DNA of 64,000 nucleotides, taken from the NCBI GenBank assembly GCA_964637115.1, contig CAZWVL010000007.1:13041-77040 (forward strand), written 5' to 3'. The stretch is from an uncultured Methanosarcinales archaeon. Its GTDB lineage: Archaea > Nanobdellota > Nanobdellia > Woesearchaeales > ARS49. A program made the position numbers and the translations under genes. Numbering within the stretch: the stretch's first letter is position 1; the number at the start of each line of letters is the position of its first letter. Shown here one piece after another: positions 18,845-29,021 of this stretch. Under the pieces are notes generated by a model, which had not been told where the DNA came from, did no database searches, and saw nothing but the letters and a program-made list of their open reading frames with translations.

Positions 18845-19429
18845 CTACTTAGCCAATGGCTTCTTAGCAATGATGTCAGCAACTTCAGCGGTTCCGCCTA
18901 CCGCAAGATTTGCTTTCCTTTCCTCATAATGTAAAATCTCCCAATTTGTGTATGCTTGTTTCAGTTCGTTGTGAGCAAATACTTTCTTCTGGTCCTCGAA
19001 AGGCTTCGACGTGAAAGCGGTTACCACATTGATACCACCCGGAACCGTATGTTGTTTCATTGCATGAATTGCACGGGTAGCATCTTCAGGAGAGAGTACG
19101 TGTAAAACATTAACGCAGATGATGCAGTCAAATTGTTTGCTCCACTCGTACCGTTCAAGCGTTCCGACCTGAACATCTACCGATAATCCTTCTGCATTTG
19201 CTTGCGCTTGCAAATCCTTTAGCGGTTCAGCAGCAGGATCAAGCGCAATAACCTTGAATCCGTTGCGTGCCAGAAAGAGGGCATTGCGACCGGTAAATGC
19301 TCCAATGTCGAGCGCGTGAGGTACCTCTCGCGAGGGTTTCCAAAGCTTGAGCGCTTCCACAACGAGTGCACTGGGATCGGTTCCGAAAAGGCGACCTTTC
19401 TCGGCAAAGGTTTTGTTCCATGAATTCAT
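18845..19429 (-). CDS. SAM-dependent methyltransferase (TehB-like)
   Basis: ALDIGAFTGRNALFLARNGFKVIALD motif I. ATG at 19429 is 23 nt from TATA 19452-19459. Confidence 0.8.
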   Translation of the reverse strand: MNSWNKTFAEKGRLFGTDPSALVVEALKLWKPSREVPHALDIGAFTGRNALFLARNGFKVIALDPAAEPLKDLQAQANAEGLSVDVQVGTLERYEWSKQFDCIICVNVLHVLSPEDATRAIHAMKQHTVPGGINVVTAFTSKPFEDQKKVFAHNELKQAYTNWEILHYEERKANLAVGGTAEVADIIAKKPLAK

Positions 19430-19451
19430 GTATTGCTTGAAACGAATACGG

Positions 19452-19459
19452 TATAAAAG
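19452..19459 (-). promoter_or_regulatory. TATA box (tataaaag) 23 nt upstream of leaderless ATG at 19429
   Basis: Fixed spacing. Confidence 0.6.
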
Positions 19460-19522
19460 AGTTCACCTTTTCGGGCGGTTCTCATCATGCTTCATTCAAA
19501 CATTAAATCGAATATTTAGAAA

Positions 19523-19690
19523 CTATTCCTCTTCCTTTCCTTCTTCACTCATCACTTCCTCTTCGTAATCCTTGTGCTCCTCATCGTGGTGCTCCTTGTG
19601 CGCTTCCTTCTCGCGCTTTTCTATCTCTTCCCAGAGCTCCTGGACTTCCTTAGAGTGCTTCTTGTGATCTTTAGGAGATTCTTCGTGCAT
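19523..19690 (-). CDS. Small His/Glu/Lys-rich acidic protein, 55 aa
   Basis: MHEESPKDHKKHSKEVQELWEEIEKREKEAHKEHHDEEHKDYEEEVMSEEGKEEE. ATG at 19690 is 23 nt from TATA 19713-19720, which lies inside the longer track ORF. Confidence 0.5.
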   Translation of the reverse strand: MHEESPKDHKKHSKEVQELWEEIEKREKEAHKEHHDEEHKDYEEEVMSEEGKEEE

Positions 19691-19712
19691 AGGGCATATT
19701 TCGCAAACTTGA

Positions 19713-19720
19713 TTTATAAA
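19713..19720. promoter_or_regulatory. Palindromic TATA box (tttataaa) between divergent genes 19523-19690 and 19808-22450
   Basis: 23 nt from ATG 19690 on the minus side. On the plus side the predicted TSS is about 19743, upstream of the large orphan ORF. Confidence 0.6.
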
Positions 19721-19807
19721 GGTTGCTAAAGGCATATTACTCAAAATAAATTGACTCAACTAACGTCGAGAAAAAGCATATTGGGAAGGGGGCATTTTGA
19801 GTCAAGT

Positions 19808-22450
19808 ATGAGCAGCAAAAAAACAATCGGGGACCAGAATACGGTCATTGGAAAGAACATCAACAGAAAGGTAGTGCCATTTGCGAAAAAGCACCCTGAC
19901 TCGGCAGAAGCACACTTTCTCAAATTAATACAAGCCGAGAAGGCAAAAGCGCGAATAAGAGGCCCCATAAAAAGCATAGAATTGGACTTTGATGAAAAAC
20001 CGGATTCAACAGAGAAAAAAGAAAACAACTGCGTAAACTGCATAGCAGGCATAAAGTACATGCGCAAAGTTGACATTTATGTCAACGATAAAAAACTGAA
20101 TTTTGGCGAGACAGGAACGATGATGGGCGAAGACTGTTTCACAATAACATCAGGACTCTGCCAGGCGCTTCCAGACAAGAACTACAAGCCAAGAGTAATT
20201 GAGCCTAAAGAGCACCGAAGGAACGTTGACAAGGCCGCAAAAGCAAAAATCCCCCTCGAAAATCTTTCAAACAAAGTTGTAGCAAGCTTGAGAGAGCAAG
20301 GATACGACCTCACACAAAGAATACGAGCAGACTTAGCAGACGGAATACAGGAACAAATAATGGCTGGAGAGTTCAGCGGATTGCAAAAAGAACTCGACCC
20401 AGGAAGATTTTTGGACGTATATGATTGGGCATCAGCACAACCAAACACAGACAAAAGAATCATAAAAACCGTTACCCTGCTCGCCACAAACCCAGAAAGC
20501 GTAAGGCCGAAAGACATGGCAGACCTTGTTCTATACGAATGGCAGACAAGACTTTGGACAACAAGCGGAGAACTGGGAGGACTAAAGGAAGACATACACT
20601 ACCTCGCAACACTTTCAAAGAATAAACCAGACAGCCCTGTAATAAAAGAATACGGCAAAGTTGACCTTGAAAAGAAACTTGACCCTATCAGAGTCTGGGA
20701 CAGAGCAACCTGGGAAGAGCTAACTCTCAGAGATGTTATTGGAGATACTCCTGAAGAATTGAAAGCAAAATCAAAAGATGAGCAAAACAAAGGCAAACCT
20801 GCAATAAGCAAAGCACAAGCAAGATCAGTAAAGTACGCAGTGTCTGGGCTAAGAGAAAGAAGAATATTCCACAATAGAGAAATAGTCAGACAATACTGTC
20901 CCAGCCTGGACGAATTTGCAGACCTTCTCGAAAATGTTGAAAAACGATACAACAAAGAAAAAGCAGACTACTCTGCAGCAAAAAAAGCACGCATAAAAGA
21001 ACCAGCAGGCAGTTGGAATTCAACATACAAGAAACTAGCTCCATTCTTTAGCCTAAAAGAAGAAGTCTACAAGACCAGAGCAAGACCAACACTAAGGCAA
21101 ATCATACTTGACTACGTCTTCATGAAAGATGCAGACAAAGTAGTACGCGACTTGCTGGTAGAAGGAAGAAAACTGCAATTGAAAGATGAATCCATAATTG
21201 GACAAAAATACAGCACAGTGCAAGAGGCAGCCGACAAGATCTACAACAAAATTGAGAAGCCAGCCGAACGCCTGCAGAAATTCGATGAAGACCTCGACAA
21301 ACTGCTCAATGGAGCAATAGAGTTTGATGAGAAAGTGGATGGCAAAAAAATAAAGCGCGTCACTCGCAAAACACAGAATAGATTCAATGACGCGGGAATT
21401 AGCCAGCAAACCGTTCGAAAACTGATTGCAGAAGTGCGAGAATCTGCCAGCGCCGGACTCGTGCCCACCAAATACATACAACCAAACGACGAAAAGAACA
21501 GTTTGCTAGAACGCGCGCTCAAGATAACAACAAACTATGAAAAAGACGACGGCAGCACTGCACAAAAAATTGGCTATTTAAGACAGCTGGAGAATGAGCT
21601 GGACGTCAAAATAGTAGACGTAAAAGCTGACGACGGCAGAACATCCCGAAAGAAAGCAGATGCAAAATTCAGTGCAAAAGCATACGAAGGCAAGAAATAC
21701 TTCAGCACTGCACAAAAAGAAGCGGTAAACAATGTACATGACATGCTGAACACAGAAATCAGAGAATTAAACATTCCGCAAGCCAAAAGAGCAGTGCAGG
21801 AAGTAGAGCAGTTCTACGAAAAACACAAAGTTTACTCAGACGTCTGGTTTAGAAAAGAAGAACTGTTCAGCCATGGAGCATCAATAAGATACAAGCCTTT
21901 CAAACAGTGCATCGAAATGGCTGAAGAAGTACAGAAATTCGGCAAAGGCGATGAAAGCAAGTACGTAAGGATGAATCAAAGACTGAGAGAAAGAATTGCA
22001 GGCCTGAAAAACCACGTAGCTGTTCCAAAAAACATCGATGAAGTTCTGGCAGGCGACAATGTACTGCTTACGAGAAAACTTGTAAGCGACATAGATACAA
22101 GATACAAAGCAATAGCAGAACGCGTAATAATTGAAGGCGCTGAAAAGTACCAAAACCCGAACATGCGCTATTTCGACATTATAGTGATGCGAAGAGATAT
22201 AGACGACGACAAAGAAGACCACAGGATAAGATCAGCATACGGACCAAAAAGAAACGACAATAAGCCGCTGCTTAAATGGGCAGATCCAGAGGACGGAATC
22301 CGCAGATTCAGCAACATGACCGTAGAGCCACACCCCAGTTGGGGAACATGGTACGGCAGAGGAAGACCACGAGACTACGTGGAAAAATTATGCGCCAAAG
22401 CAGAAGCCGAGAGAGGAGTATATCTCAAAATAGTCAATGCGCGCAGATAA
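19808..22450 (+). CDS. Large highly charged orphan protein (880 aa from ATG 19808; the ORF is open from TTG 19751)
   Basis: Uninterrupted 2.7-kb ORF. No signal peptide, TM segment or catalytic motif recognised. K/E/R/D-rich. Confidence 0.8.
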   Translation: MSSKKTIGDQNTVIGKNINRKVVPFAKKHPDSAEAHFLKLIQAEKAKARIRGPIKSIELDFDEKPDSTEKKENNCVNCIAGIKYMRKVDIYVNDKKLNFGETGTMMGEDCFTITSGLCQALPDKNYKPRVIEPKEHRRNVDKAAKAKIPLENLSNKVVASLREQGYDLTQRIRADLADGIQEQIMAGEFSGLQKELDPGRFLDVYDWASAQPNTDKRIIKTVTLLATNPESVRPKDMADLVLYEWQTRLWTTSGELGGLKEDIHYLATLSKNKPDSPVIKEYGKVDLEKKLDPIRVWDRATWEELTLRDVIGDTPEELKAKSKDEQNKGKPAISKAQARSVKYAVSGLRERRIFHNREIVRQYCPSLDEFADLLENVEKRYNKEKADYSAAKKARIKEPAGSWNSTYKKLAPFFSLKEEVYKTRARPTLRQIILDYVFMKDADKVVRDLLVEGRKLQLKDESIIGQKYSTVQEAADKIYNKIEKPAERLQKFDEDLDKLLNGAIEFDEKVDGKKIKRVTRKTQNRFNDAGISQQTVRKLIAEVRESASAGLVPTKYIQPNDEKNSLLERALKITTNYEKDDGSTAQKIGYLRQLENELDVKIVDVKADDGRTSRKKADAKFSAKAYEGKKYFSTAQKEAVNNVHDMLNTEIRELNIPQAKRAVQEVEQFYEKHKVYSDVWFRKEELFSHGASIRYKPFKQCIEMAEEVQKFGKGDESKYVRMNQRLRERIAGLKNHVAVPKNIDEVLAGDNVLLTRKLVSDIDTRYKAIAERVIIEGAEKYQNPNMRYFDIIVMRRDIDDDKEDHRIRSAYGPKRNDNKPLLKWADPEDGIRRFSNMTVEPHPSWGTWYGRGRPRDYVEKLCAKAEAERGVYLKIVNARR

Positions 22451-22460
22451 GTCGCAGGAT

Positions 22461-22468
22461 ATTTAAAC
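22461..22468 (+). promoter_or_regulatory. TATA-like box (atttaaac) 23 nt upstream of ATG at 22491
   Basis: Fixed spacing. Confidence 0.5.
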
Positions 22469-22490
22469 TTCTTTTACTTTTATTTTAAAA

Positions 22491-23231
22491 ATGTTTGGCG
22501 CAGTGAAGAGAACATTGTGTGAAATAGTTCTTGCAGGATTTGCAATATTGCCAATCGGATGCGGAGCAATACAATCCGAATCTGTTCCAGGACAGCAAGC
22601 CGAGCAGCAGACCAAGTCTGTCATAAAACAAACAATCGATTACTTTGTAAACAAAGAATTCGCTAAGGCGCAAGGACTTCTGGAACAGAGATGGGACTAT
22701 CTCGGCAAAGAATACCGGGCCAAACTAGAAGTGGCTCAGAAGACGCCAAGCATTTTTGTTCCAGTTCCCCAGCTAACGCCAAGCGAAGAAGCGCTGCTGG
22801 CACTCTCATATTCAATGAACAACCATTACGACAAGGCAGAATCACGCTTTACCAGCCTAATGACGCATTTCAAAAACCAGCCTGTTGAAACCATAGCAGA
22901 TATAGAAAACAACCTCCATCACTTCTTTAAAACAGCGCAGTATGAGCGCGCAGAAAAAATAGCTGTCAGTTCCACAGGATTGTTCCCAAGAATGAACGCA
23001 GTCGTAGGCTTCCTAAAGCTAGGAAAAAGAGACTATGAAGGAGCACTCACTTACTTTGGGCGAGCAGTGCCAAACTTTGAAGAAAGCACAGTCAAAGAAT
23101 ACCGCGCAGCTTTTGAAAAACTGCTGATAGAAGGATGCAAAATACAGCATCCTGACGTTACAGAATATGCAAAGATACTCAGCGAATTGTACAGGGTCAA
23201 AGGAAAAGAACCTGAGAAAAACGCGCCTTAA
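22491..23231 (+). CDS. Putative lipoprotein with TPR-like helical repeats
   Basis: Signal plus lipobox-like FAILPIGC. Helical repeats with Y/A/L spacing. Confidence 0.65.
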   Translation: MFGAVKRTLCEIVLAGFAILPIGCGAIQSESVPGQQAEQQTKSVIKQTIDYFVNKEFAKAQGLLEQRWDYLGKEYRAKLEVAQKTPSIFVPVPQLTPSEEALLALSYSMNNHYDKAESRFTSLMTHFKNQPVETIADIENNLHHFFKTAQYERAEKIAVSSTGLFPRMNAVVGFLKLGKRDYEGALTYFGRAVPNFEESTVKEYRAAFEKLLIEGCKIQHPDVTEYAKILSELYRVKGKEPEKNAP

Positions 23232-23824
23232 CGAGAAGAATCTGCCTGTCTTTCTATTTCTCCCTTCTTCATAATAGCCAAAGACTTAGGATCAAGCCTG
23301 AAAGCGCAGAGAATTTCGTCAGCAAGAGCTTCCTGAACTGAAGTCTTCTTGTTAAAACACCTGTCATAAGCGCCCTGGATGAAATATCTTAATGCAACAT
23401 CAACCCTTCTTTGAGGAGCACAATCGGTTGCCTTAGGATAACGAGCGCCACCATATTCAATCGTGACAATCTCCTCACGAGGAGCAGCGTTCTCCAAAGC
23501 CTTGACAAACACCGCAACAGGATTTTGTTTTATTTTCTGCTCGATAATCTTGAAAGCGTCCATAACAATGTTGTAAGCAAGCGCGCTCTTGCCAGTATTG
23601 TGGCCGGAACTTCTCAAATGCTTCTTGCCCTTGTGGCCCGGAATCATAACCTTGTTAATCAAACGCTCAACAATAAAAGTTCTTGACTTGTAGAATTTCT
23701 TGCCAGCATATCTTGCGCCGGTCTTCGGAACAAATCTTGCATCAAGAGTAATGTATCTCTGCAAACCCAGGTCATCAACCTTGATGCCTTCAGTCGTCCA
23801 CTTGTTAAAAACAAGAACAGTCAT
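23228..23824 (-). CDS. rps7: 30S ribosomal protein S7 (uS7)
   Basis: LFNKW..DLGLQRYI..PGHKGKKH..NAAPREE..RYP; conserved operon position. Confidence 0.95.
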   Translation of the reverse strand: MTVLVFNKWTTEGIKVDDLGLQRYITLDARFVPKTGARYAGKKFYKSRTFIVERLINKVMIPGHKGKKHLRSSGHNTGKSALAYNIVMDAFKIIEQKIKQNPVAVFVKALENAAPREEIVTIEYGGARYPKATDCAPQRRVDVALRYFIQGAYDRCFNKKTSVQEALADEILCAFRLDPKSLAIMKKGEIERQADSSR

Positions 23825-23825
23825 T

Positions 23826-24263
23826 TTACTTTCTCGCCTTCTCTATCTTGCCCTTCAACAGGGCATCCAAACTTTGATCATTAACCTTGATAACCTGCCA
23901 GCGAATGCCAGGAATATCTCCTTTTGATTTTCCCTGACAGCCGCCAATGCGCTCAATAATAACCTCATCGTGCTCATCAATCAACTTCTGAGCGCCGTCC
24001 TTTGGCATGAACACGCCAACCTGCCTGCCATTCTTGACCAATTGAACACGACAACACTTCCTCATTGCAGAGTTAGGCTGCTTTGCTTCAACCTGGAACT
24101 TTTCAATCACAATACCCTTGGCCTGCGCAGCACCCTCCAACGGGTCTGCCTTCTTTGCAAGTTGAAGAACACGTCTGATATAGTTTCCATCGTGCCATCT
24201 GCCAAAATGCCTGCGTCTCTTCAACGCCTTTCCAGTGTTCAAACCATTTGATTTATTGCTCAT
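23826..24263 (-). CDS. rps12: 30S ribosomal protein S12 (uS12)
   Basis: ..[33 protein letters not shown]. Confidence 0.95.
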   Translation of the reverse strand: MSNKSNGLNTGKALKRRRHFGRWHDGNYIRRVLQLAKKADPLEGAAQAKGIVIEKFQVEAKQPNSAMRKCCRVQLVKNGRQVGVFMPKDGAQKLIDEHDEVIIERIGGCQGKSKGDIPGIRWQVIKVNDQSLDALLKGKIEKARK

Positions 24264-24673
24264 ACAACTCTCAATTCCTTAATCGGAAAGTACCTCTGCA
24301 CAATCGCTTCGGACAAGCGAAGATTAGAGGCCCCACGACCTATCAGCAAGCCACGGGTTTTTAAATCTTTCGCAGCCAAAAAGAGGGTGGAATCCTCCAA
24401 TTTTGCCTCTTTCAACTCCAATGGAGCCACGACATTCTTCACAAATTGAATAACGTCAGTATGATATTCAACAATTTTAACACGCTTCTTTAATTTGAAT
24501 TCAAGATTGCGAACGTGCTGGCCGCCCCTGCCAATAGCCTTCGCAATCTCGCCCTCGTGGACGATAAAAATAACCTGCTCATCTCCAGGCACGCAGTCCT
24601 TAACATGGGCGCCGGTCAACTGTTCGAACAAAACGATTGTCTGCAACGTATTAGTATCAAGAACTATCTTCAT
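24260..24673 (-). CDS. nusA: Archaeal NusA-like transcription termination/antitermination factor (two KH domains)
   Basis: 137 aa; [11 protein letters not shown] and [11 protein letters not shown] GxxG KH motifs; position between rpl30e and rps12. Confidence 0.9.
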   Translation of the reverse strand: MKIVLDTNTLQTIVLFEQLTGAHVKDCVPGDEQVIFIVHEGEIAKAIGRGGQHVRNLEFKLKKRVKIVEYHTDVIQFVKNVVAPLELKEAKLEDSTLFLAAKDLKTRGLLIGRGASNLRLSEAIVQRYFPIKELRVV

Positions 24674-24951
24674 GCGCTAACGCCAACAACAGAAACAGCA
24701 AATGGCTTTTTGCATATGACACCTATTTCATCATTGCTCTGCACGAGCTCAACACATTCAACATTGCCAACCTTGCACAATTGCTCGATGTCAGCCTTTG
24801 ATTCTGGTTCGCAGTTTGATGACAGGTAAACCTTCTTTATTTTGCCCTGACGCAACATTTTAACCGTAACATCAGCCCCCAAAACAGCTTTCTTTGATTC
24901 CAAAACCTTCTTCAGCTCAGAAACAATTTCTGCAACAACTTTCTTCACCAT
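24670..24951 (-). CDS. rpl30e: 50S ribosomal protein L30e
   Basis: 93 aa, L7Ae/L30e-like pattern; conserved position after rpoA2. Confidence 0.85.
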   Translation of the reverse strand: MVKKVVAEIVSELKKVLESKKAVLGADVTVKMLRQGKIKKVYLSSNCEPESKADIEQLCKVGNVECVELVQSNDEIGVICKKPFAVSVVGVSA

Positions 24952-24952
24952 A

Positions 24953-26095
24953 TTACTTCTTCACCTTGGTAATTTTTGTAATCAAACCCGGCAAACCAGT
25001 ACCGACAGGAACAGCCTGGTTAAGCATAACGTTCTCAACAACGCTGTTAAGCATATCAACCTCTCCTTTCAATGCAGCATTAATAACGTGCTTGATAGGA
25101 GTTTCAAATGACGCTCTTGCAAGAACAGAAGCTTTCTCGCTGACAACACCATAACGGGTGATGCCCTTAATCTCGCCGCTCACAGTCATAGTATCAGCAA
25201 CAAGCATAATGTGACGGATGTCAACGTTAAGTCCTTGGGTCTCAATAACCTTGAAAACTTCGTCCATAATGGCCTGCCTGGCAGCCTCGACGCCCAAAAC
25301 TTCTGAAATCTCATAAATGTCATTAGTTGAAGTTCTCTCAGTATCAACAAAGTCAAGCTCGAAAACCTTCTTCAGGTTGCTTCCTGCAGTAATGATGATG
25401 AACTCGTCCTTTCTTTTGACAGGCAAAATCTGGGTAACACCCTTAATGCCCTTGATGTAAACATCCTTCGCCTTTTCCTTCAAGCGATACAAAGCATTCA
25501 AACCTTTTTCCTCTTCCTTGCCCTTAAGCTTCAAAGTAATAACACCAGCATCATACTTGACAGAGGCCTCTGAAGACAAACCCTTCTCAACAGCCTTTGA
25601 AACAATAGCACCAGTAAGCTCAAGCTCCTTCAACTTCTCAGAATCAAGCTTGAGTTCAATCTTCAAATCAACAATGTTCATACTATACTCTGTAACAAAC
25701 TCACCAAGCTTCGTTTCCTTGATCTCCAAAGCAATCTGCTTAATGTCCTTCCCCTTGTTGTACGGAGCTTTCAGGAAAATCTCCATTTGAGGAGTAGTAA
25801 TTGACTTTCTACCATCAAGAATCTCAATAATTCTCGGCAGACCCATTGTGACGTTCATTTCCGCAACACCCGCGAAGTGGAAAGTGTTCAAAGTCATCTG
25901 CGTGCCAGGTTCGCCAATACTCTCAGCTCCAACAAGACCAACAGCCTCGCCTGCATCGATCTTGGCAGCTTCATACTCTTCCAAAACTTTCTTGGCAACC
26001 TTCTTTATCTTGCCGGCAGGACAATTTTCCTCGATTTCCTTCAATAGGCTTGGAGTGAGCTTGCCTTCATATTCCTCAAGATCTTTGTGCACCAT
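24953..26095 (-). CDS. rpoA2: DNA-directed RNA polymerase subunit A'' (Rpo1C)
   Basis: [28 protein letters not shown].. and the C-terminal conserved region. Confidence 0.95.
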   Translation of the reverse strand: MVHKDLEEYEGKLTPSLLKEIEENCPAGKIKKVAKKVLEEYEAAKIDAGEAVGLVGAESIGEPGTQMTLNTFHFAGVAEMNVTMGLPRIIEILDGRKSITTPQMEIFLKAPYNKGKDIKQIALEIKETKLGEFVTEYSMNIVDLKIELKLDSEKLKELELTGAIVSKAVEKGLSSEASVKYDAGVITLKLKGKEEEKGLNALYRLKEKAKDVYIKGIKGVTQILPVKRKDEFIIITAGSNLKKVFELDFVDTERTSTNDIYEISEVLGVEAARQAIMDEVFKVIETQGLNVDIRHIMLVADTMTVSGEIKGITRYGVVSEKASVLARASFETPIKHVINAALKGEVDMLNSVVENVMLNQAVPVGTGLPGLITKITKVKK

Positions 26096-26103
26096 TTTCC
26101 ACC

Positions 26104-28833
26104 TTAGTCAGTTGTTTTAATTATGCGCTTAACGTCAATCTTGCCGCTCTCAGAACGCGCAACATCAACACCGTCTTCACCGTATGCAAACTGGATGATT
26201 CTGCCATTTGCATCACGAACCGTGCCGTCATATTCAACACGCAAGTCCTGCATTGCGTTTGCCAAACGACGGTAAAGATAACCGGACTTTGGCGTACGCA
26301 AAGCAGTGTCCATAAGAGCGTCTCTTCCGGTAATTGCGTGGAAGAAAAACTCCTTAGGATTAATGCCGTGTTTGAAACCGTGAATGATAAAGCCGCGTGC
26401 TTCAGGCGACAAGTCATTGCGCTTGAAACAGCTCAATGTTCTCTCCCTATAGCCCTTCTCGATACGCTTTCCACGCATAGCCTGCTGGCCAACACAGGCA
26501 CTCATCTGAATAAGAGAAGTAATACTGCCTCGCGCGCCAGACAAAATCATGACAGCAGCCATGTTCGAATCATTTACGAAACCTTTGATAACCTGACCGC
26601 AAGCGTTACGCGCCTTGTTCAAGCGCTCCAAGATTTTCAGCTCCAAAGTTTCCCTCATTGTTCTGCCCGGGAACACTTCCAACTGCTTATTCTTGTAACT
26701 CTCAATCATAGCTGCAGCATCTTCCTCGGCCTGCTGCAAAAGCTGGTCAATCTGCTCGCGCGCTTCCTGCGGCAAGTCCTCATCAGCAATACCTGTAGAG
26801 AATCCGCGCTGCAGCAAATACTCAATACCCAAGCGGAAAATCTGATGGATAATCTTGATCGTCTTGGAAGGACCGTATTCCTTGTGCAAACTTCGCAACA
26901 GCAAACCCTCGCCTTCACCACCGATGGCCTTGGTGTCAATAACACCTTCCATCAGCGTGCCATTCTTGATAACAACCAATTCCCCAGTTCGCGAGTGGCC
27001 TTCATAGTTGAAGCCCTCAGGCAATAATGCGCTGAAAATTTCTCTTCCAGTAACTTTCTTCTTTGAACCAATCTTTCCAAAGTCATTGATGCCAACAGCA
27101 GCCAGCAGCATGGATGCCTGCTCGCCTGTCAATTCACCGTGCTTTGTAAGCAAATAATTTCCGCTGATTGCATCCTGAATGCAGCCAATGACTGAAAGAC
27201 CATACCTTGGCGAAATCAATTGTGTTTGAACTTCCATCAAAATCTCGGCTTCTGCCCTTGATTCCTCAGTCTGAGGAATGTGGAGGTTCATTTCGTCACC
27301 GTCAAAGTCTGCGTTGTAAGGGTTACAGACAGCAGGATTAAGCCTTAATGTTCTGCCCGGCAAGACTTTTACTTTGTGACACATCATGCTCATCCTGTGC
27401 AATGAAGGTTGTCTGTTGAAAATAGCGACATCGCCGTCCATCAAATGGCGCTCTACAACGTAACCAGGCTGCAATTCTTCCAAAGCAGCCTCCTTTGTTT
27501 CCTCAGTAATCTTTTTCTTCTTGCCATCAGGCCTGACAACATAATTAGCGCCCGGATAAACGCCAGGACCGTTGGATACAAACTTCTTCAAATAAACCAT
27601 GTTCCATTCATTGACAGTTTCCGGAACAGTGAGCTTCATAGCAATAATCTTCGGAACACCAACCTCATTCAATGCAAGCATCGGGTCAGGCGAAATGACT
27701 GTTCTTGCACAGAAGTTTGTTCTCTTACCAGCAAGGTTATGACGGATACGGCCTTCCTTGCTCTTAATACGCTCGGTAATCGTCTTCAAAGGCTGACCAG
27801 AACGGTGTCTGGCAGGAGGAAGCTGCGCAATACTGTTGTCAAAGAAAGTTGTAACGTGATACTGCAACAAGTCCCACAAGTCCTCAATGATAATCTCCGG
27901 CGCACCAGCATTAATGTTTTCGAACAACCTCTGATTTATACGAACGATGTCACCTAACTTGTGCGTAAGATCGTCCTCAGAACGTTCACCAGATTCAAGA
28001 GTGATGGATGGCCTGACTGTGACAGGAGGAATCGGAAGAACTGTCAAAATCATCCATTCCGGCCTTGCAGTCTTGGAATTCAGACCAAATAATTCAGAAT
28101 CTTCATCTGAAATCTTTTCCAGGCGTGCCCTGATTTCTATAGGAGAAATACGCTTATCGCCTTCTATATATGTAGTCGGCTTCTCGATAGTAATCTTTGA
28201 CTGCTTTGCCTTGCAATGAGGACACTTGCCACCAGTCTTTGAAGAATCAATCAAAGCCTTAACTGCCAAACGCCTTGCTTCAGGGCCTTCCTCTACCTCA
28301 ATCCTGTCCAAATGGGCTTTTGCTTTTGCCAATTTCTCAGGAGCAATCATCAACTTTCCGCATTCACGGCAGGAAGTTTTCAACAACAAATGAATAATTC
28401 TGACAAACTTAACGTGAATGACTGAACGCGCCAGTTCAATGTAACCAAAGTGGCCAATGCATTCCTTCAACTTACTGCCACAAGTCTTGCATCTCAAACC
28501 AGGGTCAATGACGCCCAAACGGACGTCCATAAGTCCACCATCAACAGGATAACCTTCCTTATCATACAATTCTGGAGTCACGATCTTGGCAGACGCCATC
28601 TTCTTGACCATCTTAGGAGAAAGAACACCGAAAACTACACTAGCAACCTGCTTGAAAACATAATGCTGGATTGCTTCCATCCGCTCTCTTGAAAACTGCT
28701 CTTTCTCAATTTTCTCTTCCTTTGGAGCTTCAGCTACCTTTTCAGCAGCTTTTTCAGCTACAATTTCCGCTTTCACTTCTTCAGCCGCAGGGGCTTCAGT
28801 TGTTACCGCTTCTTCCTTTTTCTTGCGTGGCAT
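26104..28833 (-). CDS. rpoA1: DNA-directed RNA polymerase subunit A' (Rpo1N) with about 55-aa low-complexity N-terminal extension
   Basis: Zn-ribbon [28 protein letters not shown] catalytic motif. ATG at 28833 preceded by GAGGAA. Confidence 0.95.
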   Translation of the reverse strand: MPRKKKEEAVTTEAPAAEEVKAEIVAEKAAEKVAEAPKEEKIEKEQFSRERMEAIQHYVFKQVASVVFGVLSPKMVKKMASAKIVTPELYDKEGYPVDGGLMDVRLGVIDPGLRCKTCGSKLKECIGHFGYIELARSVIHVKFVRIIHLLLKTSCRECGKLMIAPEKLAKAKAHLDRIEVEEGPEARRLAVKALIDSSKTGGKCPHCKAKQSKITIEKPTTYIEGDKRISPIEIRARLEKISDEDSELFGLNSKTARPEWMILTVLPIPPVTVRPSITLESGERSEDDLTHKLGDIVRINQRLFENINAGAPEIIIEDLWDLLQYHVTTFFDNSIAQLPPARHRSGQPLKTITERIKSKEGRIRHNLAGKRTNFCARTVISPDPMLALNEVGVPKIIAMKLTVPETVNEWNMVYLKKFVSNGPGVYPGANYVVRPDGKKKKITEETKEAALEELQPGYVVERHLMDGDVAIFNRQPSLHRMSMMCHKVKVLPGRTLRLNPAVCNPYNADFDGDEMNLHIPQTEESRAEAEILMEVQTQLISPRYGLSVIGCIQDAISGNYLLTKHGELTGEQASMLLAAVGINDFGKIGSKKKVTGREIFSALLPEGFNYEGHSRTGELVVIKNGTLMEGVIDTKAIGGEGEGLLLRSLHKEYGPSKTIKIIHQIFRLGIEYLLQRGFSTGIADEDLPQEAREQIDQLLQQAEEDAAAMIESYKNKQLEVFPGRTMRETLELKILERLNKARNACGQVIKGFVNDSNMAAVMILSGARGSITSLIQMSACVGQQAMRGKRIEKGYRERTLSCFKRNDLSPEARGFIIHGFKHGINPKEFFFHAITGRDALMDTALRTPKSGYLYRRLANAMQDLRVEYDGTVRDANGRIIQFAYGEDGVDVARSESGKIDVKRIIKTTD

Positions 28834-28837
28834 AGTG

Positions 28838-28865
28838 TTCCTCAATACTTATTCTTCAACTGCAA
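28838..28865. repeat. 28-bp perfect direct repeat, copy 1 (3' end of the small ORF plus SD of rpoA1)
   Basis: ttcctcaatacttattcttcaactgcaa is identical to 28994-29021. Confidence 0.95.
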
Positions 28866-28985
28866 ACTTTCGGAAAGTTTGATCAAATCGCTCCTTGTCT
28901 CGGCTCGAGAAACATTCCATCCGCTGTTTTCTTCGAAAACAGGTTTAATACTTTTCTCTCGCCTCGACAATGTCGCGAAACTCAT
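28842..28985 (-). CDS. 47-codon ORF between rpoB1 and rpoA1 (may not be coding)
   Basis: MSFATLSRREKSIKPVFEENSGWNVSRAETRSDLIKLSESLQLKNKY. The last 7 codons and the stop are the duplicated rpoB1 terminus. GAGGAA SD upstream. Confidence 0.3.
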   Translation of the reverse strand: MSFATLSRREKSIKPVFEENSGWNVSRAETRSDLIKLSESLQLKNKY

Positions 28986-28993
28986 GTTTTTGT

Positions 28994-29021
28994 TTCCTCA
29001 ATACTTATTCTTCAACTGCAA
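28994..29021. repeat. 28-bp perfect direct repeat, copy 2 (authentic 3' end of rpoB1 plus downstream SD)
   Basis: Identical to 28838-28865; the copies are offset by 156 bp. Confidence 0.95.

Noticed and set aside
26338-27957. Plus-strand ORFs of 229 and 182 aa inside rpoA1
   Set aside because: They are antisense to a strongly conserved RNAP subunit gene, with no independent signals.
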